A stretch of DNA of 64,000 nt from an uncultured delta proteobacterium (GCA_963847445.1 CAWJZV010000015.1:32001-96000), one strand, 5' to 3'. Counted from the stretch's first letter, positions 22,583 through 33,345 are shown. Numbers and translations are program-made. The notes: generated from the sequence alone by a model not told the origin.

Positions 22583-23708
22583 TCAATTCCCGACGAACAC
22601 GGACGATTGGACTGATTGCCGGCGTGTGGTTGCTCGCCGGATGTGCCGCCGGGCCGGGTGGCAGCGGGCCAGCGACCTATGAAGCTTTGGTCGCGCCGCA
22701 ACGAGAGCGAGCCGCGGCATTGGCGGCGCAGGGAAATCTGCGTGGCGCGAGCGACGCCTGGAAAGTCGCGCTGACCATCGATCCGCAGGATGCCGTTGCT
22801 TTGGCGGAAAGCCGAAAGCTCGACGAGCAAATCAAGCAATCTGTCGGCGATCGTTTGAGCCGCGGCCGCGACGCACTCAAGCGCAATGTGCATCTCGAAG
22901 CGCGCAGCCATTTTCTCGCCGTGCTCGCCTTGGAGCCGGGCAATCGCGAAGCCTTCGAAGCCTTGCAGACTCAGGTGCGCGAGGTGCGCCAAGTCAATCA
23001 CACGGTGCGCGCCGGCGACTCGTTGACGTCGATCGCGCAGCTGTACTACGGCGACCGCACCCGTTCCGAAGTGATCTGGGAAACCAACCAGCTGCCGCCC
23101 AATCCGAAACTGGCGCCCGGTATGGTTTTAAGAATCCCCGAGATTCCCGGGCTTGCCGTTCGGAAGACCGGAGCCAGCGCCGACAGCGAAAACTCCGCCG
23201 AGTGGCGGCGCTCCGGCGACTCCCGCCAAGACGGAACCGTCGGAAGAGGGGCTATACGCCAACCCGGCGCTGGGGGCGGCGCGCGAAGCGCTCGAGCGCG
23301 GGGAATTGGTTTTGGCGCTAACGACCGTCGACCGCTTCCTCGGGCAGAACCCGCGCAACAGCGAAGCCACCGATTTGCGCCGCACGGTTTTGCTGCAACA
23401 GGGCCGCACGCTGATGGAGCAGAACAAATTGCTGGACGCTTACAGCGGCGGTCAACCAACTGGTTAAAGCCAATCCGAAAGATTCGGCAGCGACATCGTT
23501 ATTAAGCCAGGTGCGCGGTCGCTTGGTGCAGCAGCACTACAACCAAGGCATGCAACTATTCCGCGACGAAAAACTCCCCGCCGCAGTCGCCGAATGGCGC
23601 ACGGTTTTGCAATACGATCCGGCCCACGACGGTGCCAAAAGAAACATCGATCAAGCCCAAAGGCTGCTCAAAGGCTTACAGGAGCGGCAGCAGAAGCAGG
23701 GGAAGTAG
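22579..23708 (+). CDS. LysM and TPR-repeat lipoprotein (frameshifted)
   Basis: Lipobox LAGC; TPR-like helices; LysM HTVRAGDSLTSIAQLYYG..IWETNQL..LAPGMVLRIP; C-terminal TPR HYNQGMQLF..AVAEWRTVLQYDP (23511-23708); GTG start overlaps the upstream stop. Confidence 0.8.
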
Positions 23709-23932
23709 CAATTTAAGCAAGTTGTGCCTGCCACACTTCGAACCTTACTTTGCATTTGAACGCTTTTCTTGAGTTGGGACAATTTCTGACACGCGGGAGG
23801 TAAAGTTTCACGTCATAGTCGAGCGGGAACTTACCGGCTCGGACGTTTCCAGTGAACGAATTAAAACGCCCTCGGCGTGGCACCGAAGGCGTTCGCTTTA
23901 GGTGGGATTGGCGGCAACGTTGATCGCTTTCT

Positions 23933-24499
23933 TTATCCCAGCTTGGACTGCTTGAAATCTCCAGGCGCACCCAAAGTCAGCTGGCTGTTGACCAAGTCGA
24001 TCGCGCCTTCGGCGTCGGCTCGATGCTCGCCGGCGCGGGCACCGCCGCTCGGATGATGCGGGACTTCTACTAGCGGCAGTTTACCTAAGCCGAAGAACTT
24101 CGATTCGGTGCGCGCCAGTGCCATGAATATCGACTGGCATAGGGTCACCGTCGGCTTGCCTTTCTCTTGCAGTTCGATGGCGTCGTGGACACTCCACGAC
24201 GTGCACGACCCTCAAGCGCCGAGACCGGTAATGACCGCGTCGCAGCGGTTGACGATCTCCTCCATGATCGGTTTGGGCGCGCCCTGCATATGGGTCGGCT
24301 TGGTCTTGAACAACACTTCTTTGACGTGAAGCCGTTCTTGAAGCAGCTCGGCGAGTTCCTTGAACATATCCGTCGAATTGGATTGGCCGTTGTCGATGAT
24401 GCCGATAACTTTATTTTCGAGCGAGTCCAAGCCCGGCACCAAAGCCCGTTCTTTGGGATTCACCACCGCTCGTGGATCGAGAAACTTCAAAGTCGCCAT
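23933..24499 (-). CDS. UGSC-family selenoprotein (in-frame UGA = Sec at 24214-24212), about 188 aa
   Basis: ORFs 24212-24499 and 23933-24148 are in the same frame; read-through gives CDAVITGLGA-U-GSCTSWSVHDAIELQEKGKPTVT; SECIS hairpin follows the UGA; RBS AGGAGG upstream. Confidence 0.88.
24181..24201 (-). promoter_or_regulatory. Bacterial SECIS element
   Basis: mRNA UGA-GGGUCGUGCA-CGUCGUGG(AGUGU)CCACGACG: perfect 8-9 bp stem starting 11 nt after the UGA with a G-containing apical loop. Confidence 0.8.
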
Positions 24500-24643
24500 C
24501 TAGTGCTAGCCTCCTGAATAAATTCCCGCGAGCTATTCTTGCGGTTCCAGCCTATATACGCAAACTGGCGCCGGGCCTGCAACCACCGGCGGCAAAGATT
24601 CACATTGACAGGCGCATGGGTTTGCTTTAGCTCTAATCACGTT

Positions 24644-25630
24644 ATGACCGTTCCTAGAAACCGCCGCGTTGCGGCGACGCTGAAGGGGCCGCTCGGCCTG
24701 CTGGCGCTGGCGATCGCCAGCGGCGTATTGCCGTCGGCGCTAGGGGCGCAGCCGACCACGCTTCGGGTCGGCACTAATTCGCCGGCGAGCGCTGAGTCGG
24801 TGCTGTTCAGCATCGCCAGGGAGGCTGGCGTGCTCAAGCAAAATCAGCTCGATGTGGAAGTGATCTTTATCGCCGGCGGCACGTTGTCGATGCAGGCGCT
24901 GATCGGCAGGAGCTTGGATTTTCTCTGCACCGGCGGCACGCCGTATATTGTCGCCCATCTCGAAGGCGCGCAAACGAAAATGATCGCCGGCGTGAACAAC
25001 AAACTGCCCTACGGCTTCGTCTCGCTGGCCAACATCAAGAGTCCGGCCCAGCTCAAAGGCAAACGAATCGGCATCAGCCGTTTCGGCAGCACCGACGATT
25101 TCGCGGTCAAACTTGCCTTGTCACAATTCGGTTTGAATCCGAAAAGCGATGTCAGCATCACCCAAGTGGGCAGCGCCGCCACTCGTTTAACCGCGCTCCA
25201 AGCGGGCAGCATCGATGCCGCGGTGCTCACTCTCGGACTGGTCCAGATCGGTCAGAAGAGCGGCCTCAACTTGCTGCTCGATTTCATTGAAAAAGACATC
25301 GAGTACCAGCAAGTCGCGATCATCGCGCGCGACGATCTGCTCAAAAGCCGCGCCGACCTAGTGCGCCGCTTCATGAAAAGTTACCTCGAAAGCGTGCGTT
25401 TTTATAAGACCCAAAAAGAAATCGCCATCCGCGAGACCATGAAACGACTGCGTACCACCGACCGCGCCATCGGCGAGTTCGACTATCATCAGCGCGCCCG
25501 CTCCCTGCCCGACGACGGCAAGCCGAGCATCAAAGGCATGCAGCTCGCTCTCGACGATATCGCCAAGGATAATCCGAAGGCGAAGAACTTGACCGTACAA
25601 CAGTTAATTGACTTGAGTTTTTTGCCGTAG
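24644..25630 (+). CDS. NitT/TauT-family ABC substrate-binding protein
   Basis: Signal peptide; IKSPAQLKGKRIGISRFGS, RLTALQAGSIDA. Confidence 0.87.
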   Translation: MTVPRNRRVAATLKGPLGLLALAIASGVLPSALGAQPTTLRVGTNSPASAESVLFSIAREAGVLKQNQLDVEVIFIAGGTLSMQALIGRSLDFLCTGGTPYIVAHLEGAQTKMIAGVNNKLPYGFVSLANIKSPAQLKGKRIGISRFGSTDDFAVKLALSQFGLNPKSDVSITQVGSAATRLTALQAGSIDAAVLTLGLVQIGQKSGLNLLLDFIEKDIEYQQVAIIARDDLLKSRADLVRRFMKSYLESVRFYKTQKEIAIRETMKRLRTTDRAIGEFDYHQRARSLPDDGKPSIKGMQLALDDIAKDNPKAKNLTVQQLIDLSFLP

Positions 25631-25636
25631 GGAAAT

Positions 25637-25685
25637 CGTCTGGCGTCTGGCGTTTTGGCTTGCAACCCCAGACGCCGAAGCCAAA
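25637..25685. repeat. Heptamer-repeat inverted element
   Basis: CGTCTGG-CGTCTGG-CGTTTTGG ... CCAGACG-CCGAAG-CCAAA. Confidence 0.5.
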
Positions 25686-25701
25686 TTCACCGGAGGTTTT
25701 C

Positions 25702-26799
25702 ATGCAACCGATCATCGACGCCGACACCCATATTTCCGAATCCGCAGAGATGTGGGCCATGTTCGACAAAGAAATGTATGGCCGCCGCCCGGTGTTGCTA
25801 TCGCTGCCGGACGACACTCTGTACGGCAATTGGAACAAGACCTGGCTCATCGACGGCAATATTTTCCCCAAGCCGGCCGGCAAGGGCGGCTTCCGCTTGA
25901 TCACACCGTCGGCGTCGACGGTTCAGTTTAACCGCAAAGACCTCAGCGTCGCCTGCCGCGACATGACCGATATCCCCAGTCGCTTGGCCGACATGGACCG
26001 TCTCGGCATCGCTAGTCAGGTCGTCTATCCGACTTTGTTTCTGGTCTACCTCACCGATGACCCCGCGCTCGATGTCGCGTTGAGCCGTGCCTACAACCGA
26101 TTTATCGCCCAGGCCTGTGCCCAAAGTAACGGCCGCATTCATTGGGTGGCGATCCCGCCGTTGCGCGATATCGCCGAGTCGGTGAAGGAATTGCAATGGG
26201 CCAAGCAAAACGGCGCCGTCGGCGTGTTCTTCCGCGGCATGGAAGGCAATTACACGCTCGACAATCCGCGTTTTCATCCGGTCTACCAAGCCGCCAGCGA
26301 TCTCGACCTGCCGATCTGCGTTCATACCGGGTCGAGCACTCCGGCGATCAGCGAGATGTTCGACCTCGAGCGCAACCGCCAGTGGTCGCACTCGGCATTC
26401 CCGCCGCTGCACGCCTTCCGCGATTTGGTGTTGAACCGGATCCCCGACATGTTTCCCAAGCTGCGCTTCGGTTTTCTCGAAGCCTCGGCGAGCTGGATTC
26501 CATTTCTGATTCACAAACTTAAACGTGACAACACCAAGCGCTGGAAGTCGTCGTGGAAGTCGCCGCGGGATTTGTTCGAAGACTGTCGTTTCTATGTCGC
26601 CTGCGAAGCCGACGAAGATTTGAATTATTTGATCGAATACGCCGGCGCAGATCATCTCATCAGCGGCTCAGACTACGGCCACAACGACCCCGCCGAACAG
26701 GCTCATCTGGTCAAGCAAATGCAGTCGCGCGAAGATGTCGCACCGGCAATGATCGAAAAAATTCTCTGCGACAATCCGAAACAGTTTTATCAGATCTGA
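25702..26799 (+). CDS. Amidohydrolase family protein
   Basis: IIDADTHISE, VVYPT, RAYN, ICVHTG, FGFLEAS, GSDYGH; RBS GGAGG before MQPII. Confidence 0.88.
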   Translation: MQPIIDADTHISESAEMWAMFDKEMYGRRPVLLSLPDDTLYGNWNKTWLIDGNIFPKPAGKGGFRLITPSASTVQFNRKDLSVACRDMTDIPSRLADMDRLGIASQVVYPTLFLVYLTDDPALDVALSRAYNRFIAQACAQSNGRIHWVAIPPLRDIAESVKELQWAKQNGAVGVFFRGMEGNYTLDNPRFHPVYQAASDLDLPICVHTGSSTPAISEMFDLERNRQWSHSAFPPLHAFRDLVLNRIPDMFPKLRFGFLEASASWIPFLIHKLKRDNTKRWKSSWKSPRDLFEDCRFYVACEADEDLNYLIEYAGADHLISGSDYGHNDPAEQAHLVKQMQSREDVAPAMIEKILCDNPKQFYQI

Positions 26800-26918
26800 A
26801 GCTACGCATCGGAGATTGCCCCGCACAGGACTCGGAGGTTTTGCTGCTAATTTTTCTCTGCGTGGCTCTGCGTCCCTGCGCTGAATAATCCGAACTAACT
26901 ATCTCCTCAGGATGTTTC

Positions 26919-28349
26919 TTGGCAAAAGATAGTCGCTCGCTACTCGGTCAAAGTTCAGTCGCGATCGCATGCCTGAGCGCACTATTGGGTTCCCTCGATA
27001 GCGCCATCAATATCGGCTTTCCAGCGATTACCGCGGCGTTTTCTCTCGAAGTCACGGCGATCCAATGGGTCATCGTCGGCTATGTGTTGACTCACGCGAG
27101 CTTGCTGCCTGGCTGCGGCGGGCTGGCGGATATCTGGGGTCATGGGCGGGTACTTATCTGCGGCTTGCTTGTCAGCGCCCTTGGTTTCACCGCCTGCGGT
27201 TTAGCGACCAACTATGCTTGGCTCGTCGGCGGACGGATAGGACAGGGCATGGGCGCGGCGCTGGTTTTCGCCACCGCTCCCGCGCTTGTGACCTTGGCGG
27301 TCCCCGCTGAAAACCGCGGCCGTGCTCTCGGCATTTACCAGATGAGCAACGCCGTGGGCTATGCCATCGGTCCGTTGATCGGTGGTATCCTCATCGACAA
27401 CTTGGGTTGGCGGGCGACTTTCATGTTCAGGGTCGCACCCGCTCTGGTGCTCGCCGGCTTCGCGGCCGTAAAGCTGCCGGTGCGACGCGAGCGCAGAGCC
27501 GGCCAAGGCTTCAATTTTTTTGGCGTGTTGTCTTTAGCAGCGAGCCTCGCCGGTTGCTTGCTCACTCTAAGCCAGGGCCGCGCCTTGGGCTGGTCATCGC
27601 CTCGAGTCTCCATTCTCGCTGCCGCTTCGATCGCAAGTTTTGCCGGCTTCATCGTCGTCAAAGCTCGTGCGAAATCGCCGATGGTCGATCTGACGGTAAT
27701 TCGGCTGGCACCATTTATTATCGCTAATGTTCTCTCCGTTATGGCCAATTGCGCGCGATTCGCCATTGGCTTGCTCCTGCCGTTCTACGTGATCAATGTG
27801 TTGAAGTATCCGGCCACCACCGGCGGCACACTGATGCTGGCTACTTATTTACCGACGATCGTAGCTGCACCACTGGCGGGGAAATTGTCCGAGCGCATCG
27901 GCACTGCGCGACTAAGTTCGTTGGGGCTGGCTGTGCAAGGGCTCGGTCTCTGCATGCTCAGCCGTTTGAATGGGCAAACCGATTATCTATCCCTAGCCTT
28001 TACCCTTGGCGTCGTCGGCTTGGGCCTGGGCATATTCGAAGCGCCGAACATGAGCTTTATCATGGGCTCGATCCCGCGTACCCAACAAGGCGTCGCCGGC
28101 GGCATCGCCAACATGATGCGGCCCATTGGCATCGTCTTCGGCGCCGCCGGCTGGAGTCTGCTCTTCGACCAACGCCAGCAATCCTATGCGCCAGCATCTG
28201 CCGTCGCATCGTCGGTGGCCGCCAGCGGCATGTTAGCGGCGCTGCAGGATGTTTTCCTCAGTGCCGCCGGACTCTGTTTTGTCGCCTGTGTCTTGTCACT
28301 GTTCCGCAAAGGGGAAGCCAGTGAATCGAATGTCCATGCAGTGAGCTGA
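26919..28349 (+). CDS. MFS transporter (DHA2/EmrB-like, 14 TM)
   Basis: QWVIVGYVL, GGLADIWGHGR, RGRALG, GPLIGGILIDNLGWR. Confidence 0.88.
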   Translation: MAKDSRSLLGQSSVAIACLSALLGSLDSAINIGFPAITAAFSLEVTAIQWVIVGYVLTHASLLPGCGGLADIWGHGRVLICGLLVSALGFTACGLATNYAWLVGGRIGQGMGAALVFATAPALVTLAVPAENRGRALGIYQMSNAVGYAIGPLIGGILIDNLGWRATFMFRVAPALVLAGFAAVKLPVRRERRAGQGFNFFGVLSLAASLAGCLLTLSQGRALGWSSPRVSILAAASIASFAGFIVVKARAKSPMVDLTVIRLAPFIIANVLSVMANCARFAIGLLLPFYVINVLKYPATTGGTLMLATYLPTIVAAPLAGKLSERIGTARLSSLGLAVQGLGLCMLSRLNGQTDYLSLAFTLGVVGLGLGIFEAPNMSFIMGSIPRTQQGVAGGIANMMRPIGIVFGAAGWSLLFDQRQQSYAPASAVASSVAASGMLAALQDVFLSAAGLCFVACVLSLFRKGEASESNVHAVS

Positions 28350-28893
28350 AGCGAAGAAAAGCAAAGCGCCGTCGAACCCGATCAGGGCTTCAGTCATGTG
28401 AAACATTTCTGAGAGATTCAAGTTAAAGCGCAGGCTACCGATTTATTCATCACGAAAGCCGATATAGCCTAAATTTAGGAACCGACGATGAATTCAGCTT
28501 GCTGCTCAAACGCCACCAGGGCAGAGCCACGGCACGGACGCCACAGCGACGGACAAACACGACAACTTAGTTGAGCCACTCCAAACAGACTTTTCGCAGG
28601 GTCAAATGGGGGAGCCGTTGTCTGAGGTGCCGAGCAGTTCGGGTTGTAAGGGTTTCTGACAAAACGTCACGTCCGATTTGCCCATTGCCGTGATCCGATG
28701 GCCGAGCGGTTGTTTAAAACCGCTAAGATTGCGCGATTCATTACCGGGTCTCAGCGCCTTATTCCCCGTTAGGTAAATTCAATTCTCTCATTCGTTCCAG
28801 GCGTTATCTCACTTTTTTAGGACTCCACCGTAGGACTTGGCAGTTTTTAGACCAACAGTGACGTGGTCTTGGGCTTGCTCTATCAGGGTTCCC

Positions 28894-29559
28894 ATGAGCA
28901 CTCACGAAAAGAAAACTGAAGCCGCAGTTGCCCCAGAAAGCAGTCTCGATACCGAAGGCCTGTTGCTGCAACGGCTAAACAACACGACCACTGAAGCAGA
29001 ATACTTTCGTTGGATGCTTTTCGTCGTGGGTTTTTACCGCGGTATCGATAAGATCAGCGAGGCGATCAAACTGCTCGAAGCTTATATCAACTCCAATCGC
29101 AACGCCGAAAATAAGGCGCATTGCCATTTGGCCTTGGGACAAATCGCGACGGATGAAAAACGCTTTGCCGCCGCGCTCGAGCATTTCGATGCGGCGCTGG
29201 CGCTGCGGCCGGAGAAGTCTAAGGTCAAATATGTGTTGCACAACAACATCGCTTTTTGTCTCAACCAACTGAACCGCCATGTCGAGGCGGAAAAATATTG
29301 CCGCGCAGCCATCGACCTCGACTGGACGCGGGCCAGCGCGTTTCGCAATCTCGGCATCAGTCTTAAGGGCCAAGGCAACTTGATCGGTGCGGCGTGGGTG
29401 CTGGTAGAGGCGATCAATGCCGACCCCGGCGATACCCGGGCGCGCCAGATCGTCGAGCAAGTGGTTAAGGCCGATCCTAGTCTGAGCGTGCAATGTCCGT
29501 GGCTCAACGGGGCGCTCGACGGCGACAACAAGTCAGTGGTGGACTCGCCGTTGATGTAG
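28894..29559 (+). CDS. Tetratricopeptide repeat protein
   Basis: TPR motifs CHLALGQIA..ALEHFDAAL, LHNNIAFCL..AEKYCRAAI, AFRNLGISL. Confidence 0.8.
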   Translation: MSTHEKKTEAAVAPESSLDTEGLLLQRLNNTTTEAEYFRWMLFVVGFYRGIDKISEAIKLLEAYINSNRNAENKAHCHLALGQIATDEKRFAAALEHFDAALALRPEKSKVKYVLHNNIAFCLNQLNRHVEAEKYCRAAIDLDWTRASAFRNLGISLKGQGNLIGAAWVLVEAINADPGDTRARQIVEQVVKADPSLSVQCPWLNGALDGDNKSVVDSPLM

Positions 29560-29799
29560 CGTGACCTCATGAGTGCGATAGTGGCGGCAGTTTGCGGACA
29601 ATTACTCACCGCGAAACTGTCCGGCGGCCGTACCAGAGTTTATCGAAGAGCGGATGCGTCGAGGATCAGCCGGTTCTTGGGCTGGTATCAGAGCATCGAG
29701 ATAAGCTAACGGAGGAAAAGCTGGCCCGCGTACTGGCTAAATAATCAACACTCATGCCTGACCCGATTCATCTTCCTGTTCATCCATTTCATCTGTTCA

Positions 29800-30036
29800 T
29801 TACTCGAAGCGGCGCTCATCGGCGTGCTCGATCCGCAGTGGGGCGAGGCATTGAAAGCGGTGATCGTGCTCGGGCCCGGCGCAAAGCAAGACAGTGTCGA
29901 GTTGCTGAGATTTTGCCAGGAACCGCTGCCGGCTTACAGAGTGCCGAAGTCGGTGGATTTCGTCGAGTCGCTGCCACACACGGAAGTGGGCAAGGTGAAC
30001 AAGGTCCAGGTACGCGAGATGTTCTTGCGGCTGTAA
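29800..30036 (+). pseudogene. Isolated C-terminal fragment of an AMP-binding (acyl-CoA ligase) enzyme
   Basis: LEAALIGVLDPQWGEALKAVIV...LPAYRVPKSVDFVESLPHTEVGKV; no N-terminal adenylation domain upstream. Confidence 0.78.
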
Positions 30037-30056
30037 TCTAAACTCATGGAGTTTGC

Positions 30057-31949
30057 TTGAATCCGAAACTTTGGTCACGCGTTTTCGGCACAAGGCGGCT
30101 GCTCTGGCTCGGCTTTGGCGTGCTGACATTGGTAATGGTGTCGATCGGCATCATCGCTATCGTTCGAGTTCAATCGATCACGACGAGTTTCGAGAACGAT
30201 AATAACGTCGCGAAACCTCGCGCCTCGGCTGGGCATGAATTGGAAATCAACATCATCGGCTATTCGTTGAACGTATGGCGATACCTGAGCGGCATCGATG
30301 CGGCGCGCCAAGGAGCGGCCAAGTACGCAGCGGACGTGGCGCTGCAGCTCGATGGGTATACGGCGCTGGCCGAAACCGCGCGGCAACGGGAACTGGCGGG
30401 GCGGCTGCGCACCGGCTGGCAGGAGGTTTACGCGTTGGGCGAGGCGCTGATGGCGGCGCGCACGGCGAATCGCGCGGAGGTGGCACGGTTCACGGAAACA
30501 GCTGTACGGCTGGAGCGGTTTTTGGACACCGAGTTGCAGCCGGACGCGGAAATCATCTTTAACGCACTCAGCGCCGAAACTCATGGCAGCCTTCAGAAAT
30601 CGGAGATCGTTACGTTGTCTCTGCTGTTTCTTGGACTGACGATCGCGCTGTTAACGGGCTGGGCGGTGGTGCGCGCGGTGCTCGCGGGCGAGGCTCAACT
30701 GCGCGACAGCGAGGAGCGGCTGACCCGGCTCAATACGACGTTGGAGCAGAAGGTGGAGGAGCACACGCGCGAGTTGCGCGAGCTCAACGCCGATCTCGAT
30801 CAACGGGTCGTCCAACGGACCCGAGCGCTGGGCGATTCGCAAAAGAAGCTCCGTGCTTTCGTCGAGCAATTGACCCACGCCGAAGAGCAGGAGCGGCATC
30901 GGTTGGCGACCGAGTTGCACGACTACCTGGGGCAATTGCTGGCTCTCAGTCAAATCAATCTCGGCCGCGCCGAAAAATTCGCCGTGTCGGAGGATGCCAA
31001 GAATGCCTTCACCGACGCCCGGCAATCGCTGGACGATTCGATCGCCTACACGCGCACGCTCATAGCGCAGTTGAGCCCGCAGGTGCTCTACGATCTCGGC
31101 CTGCCGGCGGCGCTCGTTTGGCTCGGCGAACAGATGGAGCAGCAGCATGAGTTGCGGGTCGAGGTCGTCGGCGATCCCGCCGGCTTTGTGCTGGACGAGG
31201 CGCGGGCGATTTTGGCCTTTCAGTGCGCCCGTGAACTCTTATGGAACGTGGTCAAGCATGGCGCGACCAAAGAAGCGAAGGTTTCCTATGAGTTGAAAAA
31301 TGGCGAGCTGACGCTTGAGGTCGCGGACCGAGGCCGGGGCTTCGATCTAGCGAACGTCGAAAGTCGGGCCGCCGGAAGCGAGAAGTTCGGACTGTTCGGC
31401 ATGCGCCAACGTGTGGAACTTCATCAAGGTCGGCTGGTCGTCGAATCGGCGCCGGGGCAAGGAACTTCAGTGAAAGTGATCTTGCCGGCGGCCGTTGTGC
31501 CGGTGTCGCCGGCAGCTTCGTTTGAGCCCGCGTTCGAAGAGTTTAGGGTCACGGCGAAGAAGCCTCTGCGCATCGCCTTGGTGGACGATCACGAGATGGT
31601 GCGCCAGGGACTGCGCTGGCTCCTCGAAGACCACCAAGACATCCGGGTCGTCGGCGAAGCCAAAGATGGCCGGGAGGCGATCGCCATGGCCCATGAGCTT
31701 AAGCCCGACGTCATCGTCATGGACGTTAACATGCCGGGGATGAATGGCATCGAGGCGACCCGGCGCATCGTTCAGGACCAGCCCGGCGTGATCGTCATCG
31801 GGCTATCGTTTGCCGCCAGCGATCGGTCCGTCCAAGCGGCGATGAAAAATGCCGGCGCCTATGCTTGCTTGACCAAGGAGCGGGCGGCGGAGGATATCTA
31901 TCGAGCGATCGTCGATGCCGTGAATCAACGGCCGCCAGGTAAGACATGA
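30057..31949 (+). CDS. Hybrid sensor histidine kinase (HisKA_3/NarX type) with C-terminal receiver domain
   Basis: Two TMs with periplasmic domain; [37 protein letters not shown]; [24 protein letters not shown]. Confidence 0.9.
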   Translation: MNPKLWSRVFGTRRLLWLGFGVLTLVMVSIGIIAIVRVQSITTSFENDNNVAKPRASAGHELEINIIGYSLNVWRYLSGIDAARQGAAKYAADVALQLDGYTALAETARQRELAGRLRTGWQEVYALGEALMAARTANRAEVARFTETAVRLERFLDTELQPDAEIIFNALSAETHGSLQKSEIVTLSLLFLGLTIALLTGWAVVRAVLAGEAQLRDSEERLTRLNTTLEQKVEEHTRELRELNADLDQRVVQRTRALGDSQKKLRAFVEQLTHAEEQERHRLATELHDYLGQLLALSQINLGRAEKFAVSEDAKNAFTDARQSLDDSIAYTRTLIAQLSPQVLYDLGLPAALVWLGEQMEQQHELRVEVVGDPAGFVLDEARAILAFQCARELLWNVVKHGATKEAKVSYELKNGELTLEVADRGRGFDLANVESRAAGSEKFGLFGMRQRVELHQGRLVVESAPGQGTSVKVILPAAVVPVSPAASFEPAFEEFRVTAKKPLRIALVDDHEMVRQGLRWLLEDHQDIRVVGEAKDGREAIAMAHELKPDVIVMDVNMPGMNGIEATRRIVQDQPGVIVIGLSFAASDRSVQAAMKNAGAYACLTKERAAEDIYRAIVDAVNQRPPGKT

Positions 31950-32047
31950 TCGGCACCACGACATAAAAAGTTTTCACGACGAAGGTGCTAGCGCGGCGTG
32001 GCCGCGAATCGACTGATTATCCTCTTTCCGGCAAGTTTCGCTCCAGC

Positions 32048-32420
32048 GCACGCAAGTCCAGGGTCGAGAATGACGGAGCGTTGTACCATGTGATCGTCCG
32101 CGGCAAGGCCGCGAACGTTTCATGACGACCAAGACCGAGACAGCTACCTGGAACGCCTGGAGTGCTAGCGCTAGCGCTGTGGAATACGCCCGTTCGCCTG
32201 CGTCTTGATGTCGAACCAAGTACATTTTCACTTGGAGGCCAAAAACGTCCCGGTCTCCGAAATCATGCAAGGGATCCAGTTTAGATACACCCAGAGGTAT
32301 AATCGGCCGCAGCGCGAGGTCGACCCTGTTTCAAGGCCTTATAAAGCGATAGTGCGTATCGAGATGCCGATTTGCTAGCACTGGTGCGCTATATTCATCT
32401 CAATCCCGGACGGTTGAAAT
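32048..32420 (+). pseudogene. REP-associated tyrosine transposase (RAYT, Y1_Tnp) remnant
   Basis: Broken frames read ARKSRVENDGALYHVIVRG, HDDQDRDSYLERLE, VLMSNQVHF, SEIMQGIQFRYTQRYNR, LVRYIHLNP; HUH motif mutated, no start codon, stops and indels. Confidence 0.8.
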
Positions 32421-32789
32421 CTCTCGCTTTCAGTCGCCGTGATCGGTCGTACAGTCCGGTTCTGCGACGTTGCTCAAGATAAACTCCAGCCGTCATCCAG
32501 GTTTGATTTTAGTCAGCACCGGATTCCCCGGTGCGCGGAAATACCGAAAATCACAATCGAGTGCAAATCGATTAAATTAACACCATCGGGCTTGCTGCCG
32601 AGGGTCGCACTGTTAGACCTGCTAGCCAACTCTGGCTAGATGCCACGCCCGATTCCGCGTCGAGTCTTAATCCTACGGGTACGTATATCGCTAGTTCTGA
32701 CGTGCCGGGGCAGCTTCCACCAGTGGCGCATTTGTGCTTAGAACCTGCCACCGTTTACAGTCAAATAGCAAGTTTTCTGCGCTATTCGC

Positions 32790-32818
32790 TTGACAGGGAT
32801 TTTGTCCGATGGCATAAA
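32790..32818 (+). promoter_or_regulatory. Putative sigma-70 promoter of Lrp-gltBD
   Basis: TTGACA-17 nt-CATAAA followed by an AT-rich tract. Confidence 0.5.
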
Positions 32819-32859
32819 AAGTTTAAGTTAATATTGAGAAAAGGCTTAAGATTTTTAAC

Positions 32860-33345
32860 TTGTTAGACTTAATAGATTTAAAAATCCTTTATATTCTGCA
32901 AAATAGCGGGCGCAAGCGGCTGGCCGATATCGCCGATGAGGTGGAGTTGTCGGCGCCGGCCGTTATGGAGCGAGTAAAGAAGCTCGAGGCGAGCGGGGTC
33001 ATTAGGGGTTACCAGGCGCTGATCGACAGCAAGAAGGTCGGCAAGGACATTACCGCCTTCATCGGCGTGTCGATCGGCAACCAGAGCGGCATCGATAACT
33101 TTGCCCGGCAGATGCTTCGTTATGGCGATGTTTTGGAGTGTCATCATGTCACCGGTGACGAAAGCTTCATTCTCAAGGTGAAGTCCGCCAACACCGGTTC
33201 GCTGGAAAAACTATTGGGTGAGATTCGTTCGGTCGACGGGGTCACGCGCACCGTCACCAACGTCGTCCTGTCGACAGCCAAGGAGAGCCAAGCGCTCGAT
33301 CTCAACGCGGGCTTGGCCGAAAACGCCAGGGCCAAGAAGAAATAG
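32860..33345 (+). CDS. Lrp/AsnC family transcriptional regulator
   Basis: LDLIDLKILYILQ, LSAPAVMERVKKLE..GVIRGY, VLECHHVTG. Confidence 0.93.
   Translation: MLDLIDLKILYILQNSGRKRLADIADEVELSAPAVMERVKKLEASGVIRGYQALIDSKKVGKDITAFIGVSIGNQSGIDNFARQMLRYGDVLECHHVTGDESFILKVKSANTGSLEKLLGEIRSVDGVTRTVTNVVLSTAKESQALDLNAGLAENARAKKK

Noticed and set aside
28350-28890. Long intergenic region with a possible short Cys-containing minus-strand ORF
   Set aside because: No clear RBS or family resemblance; insufficient evidence
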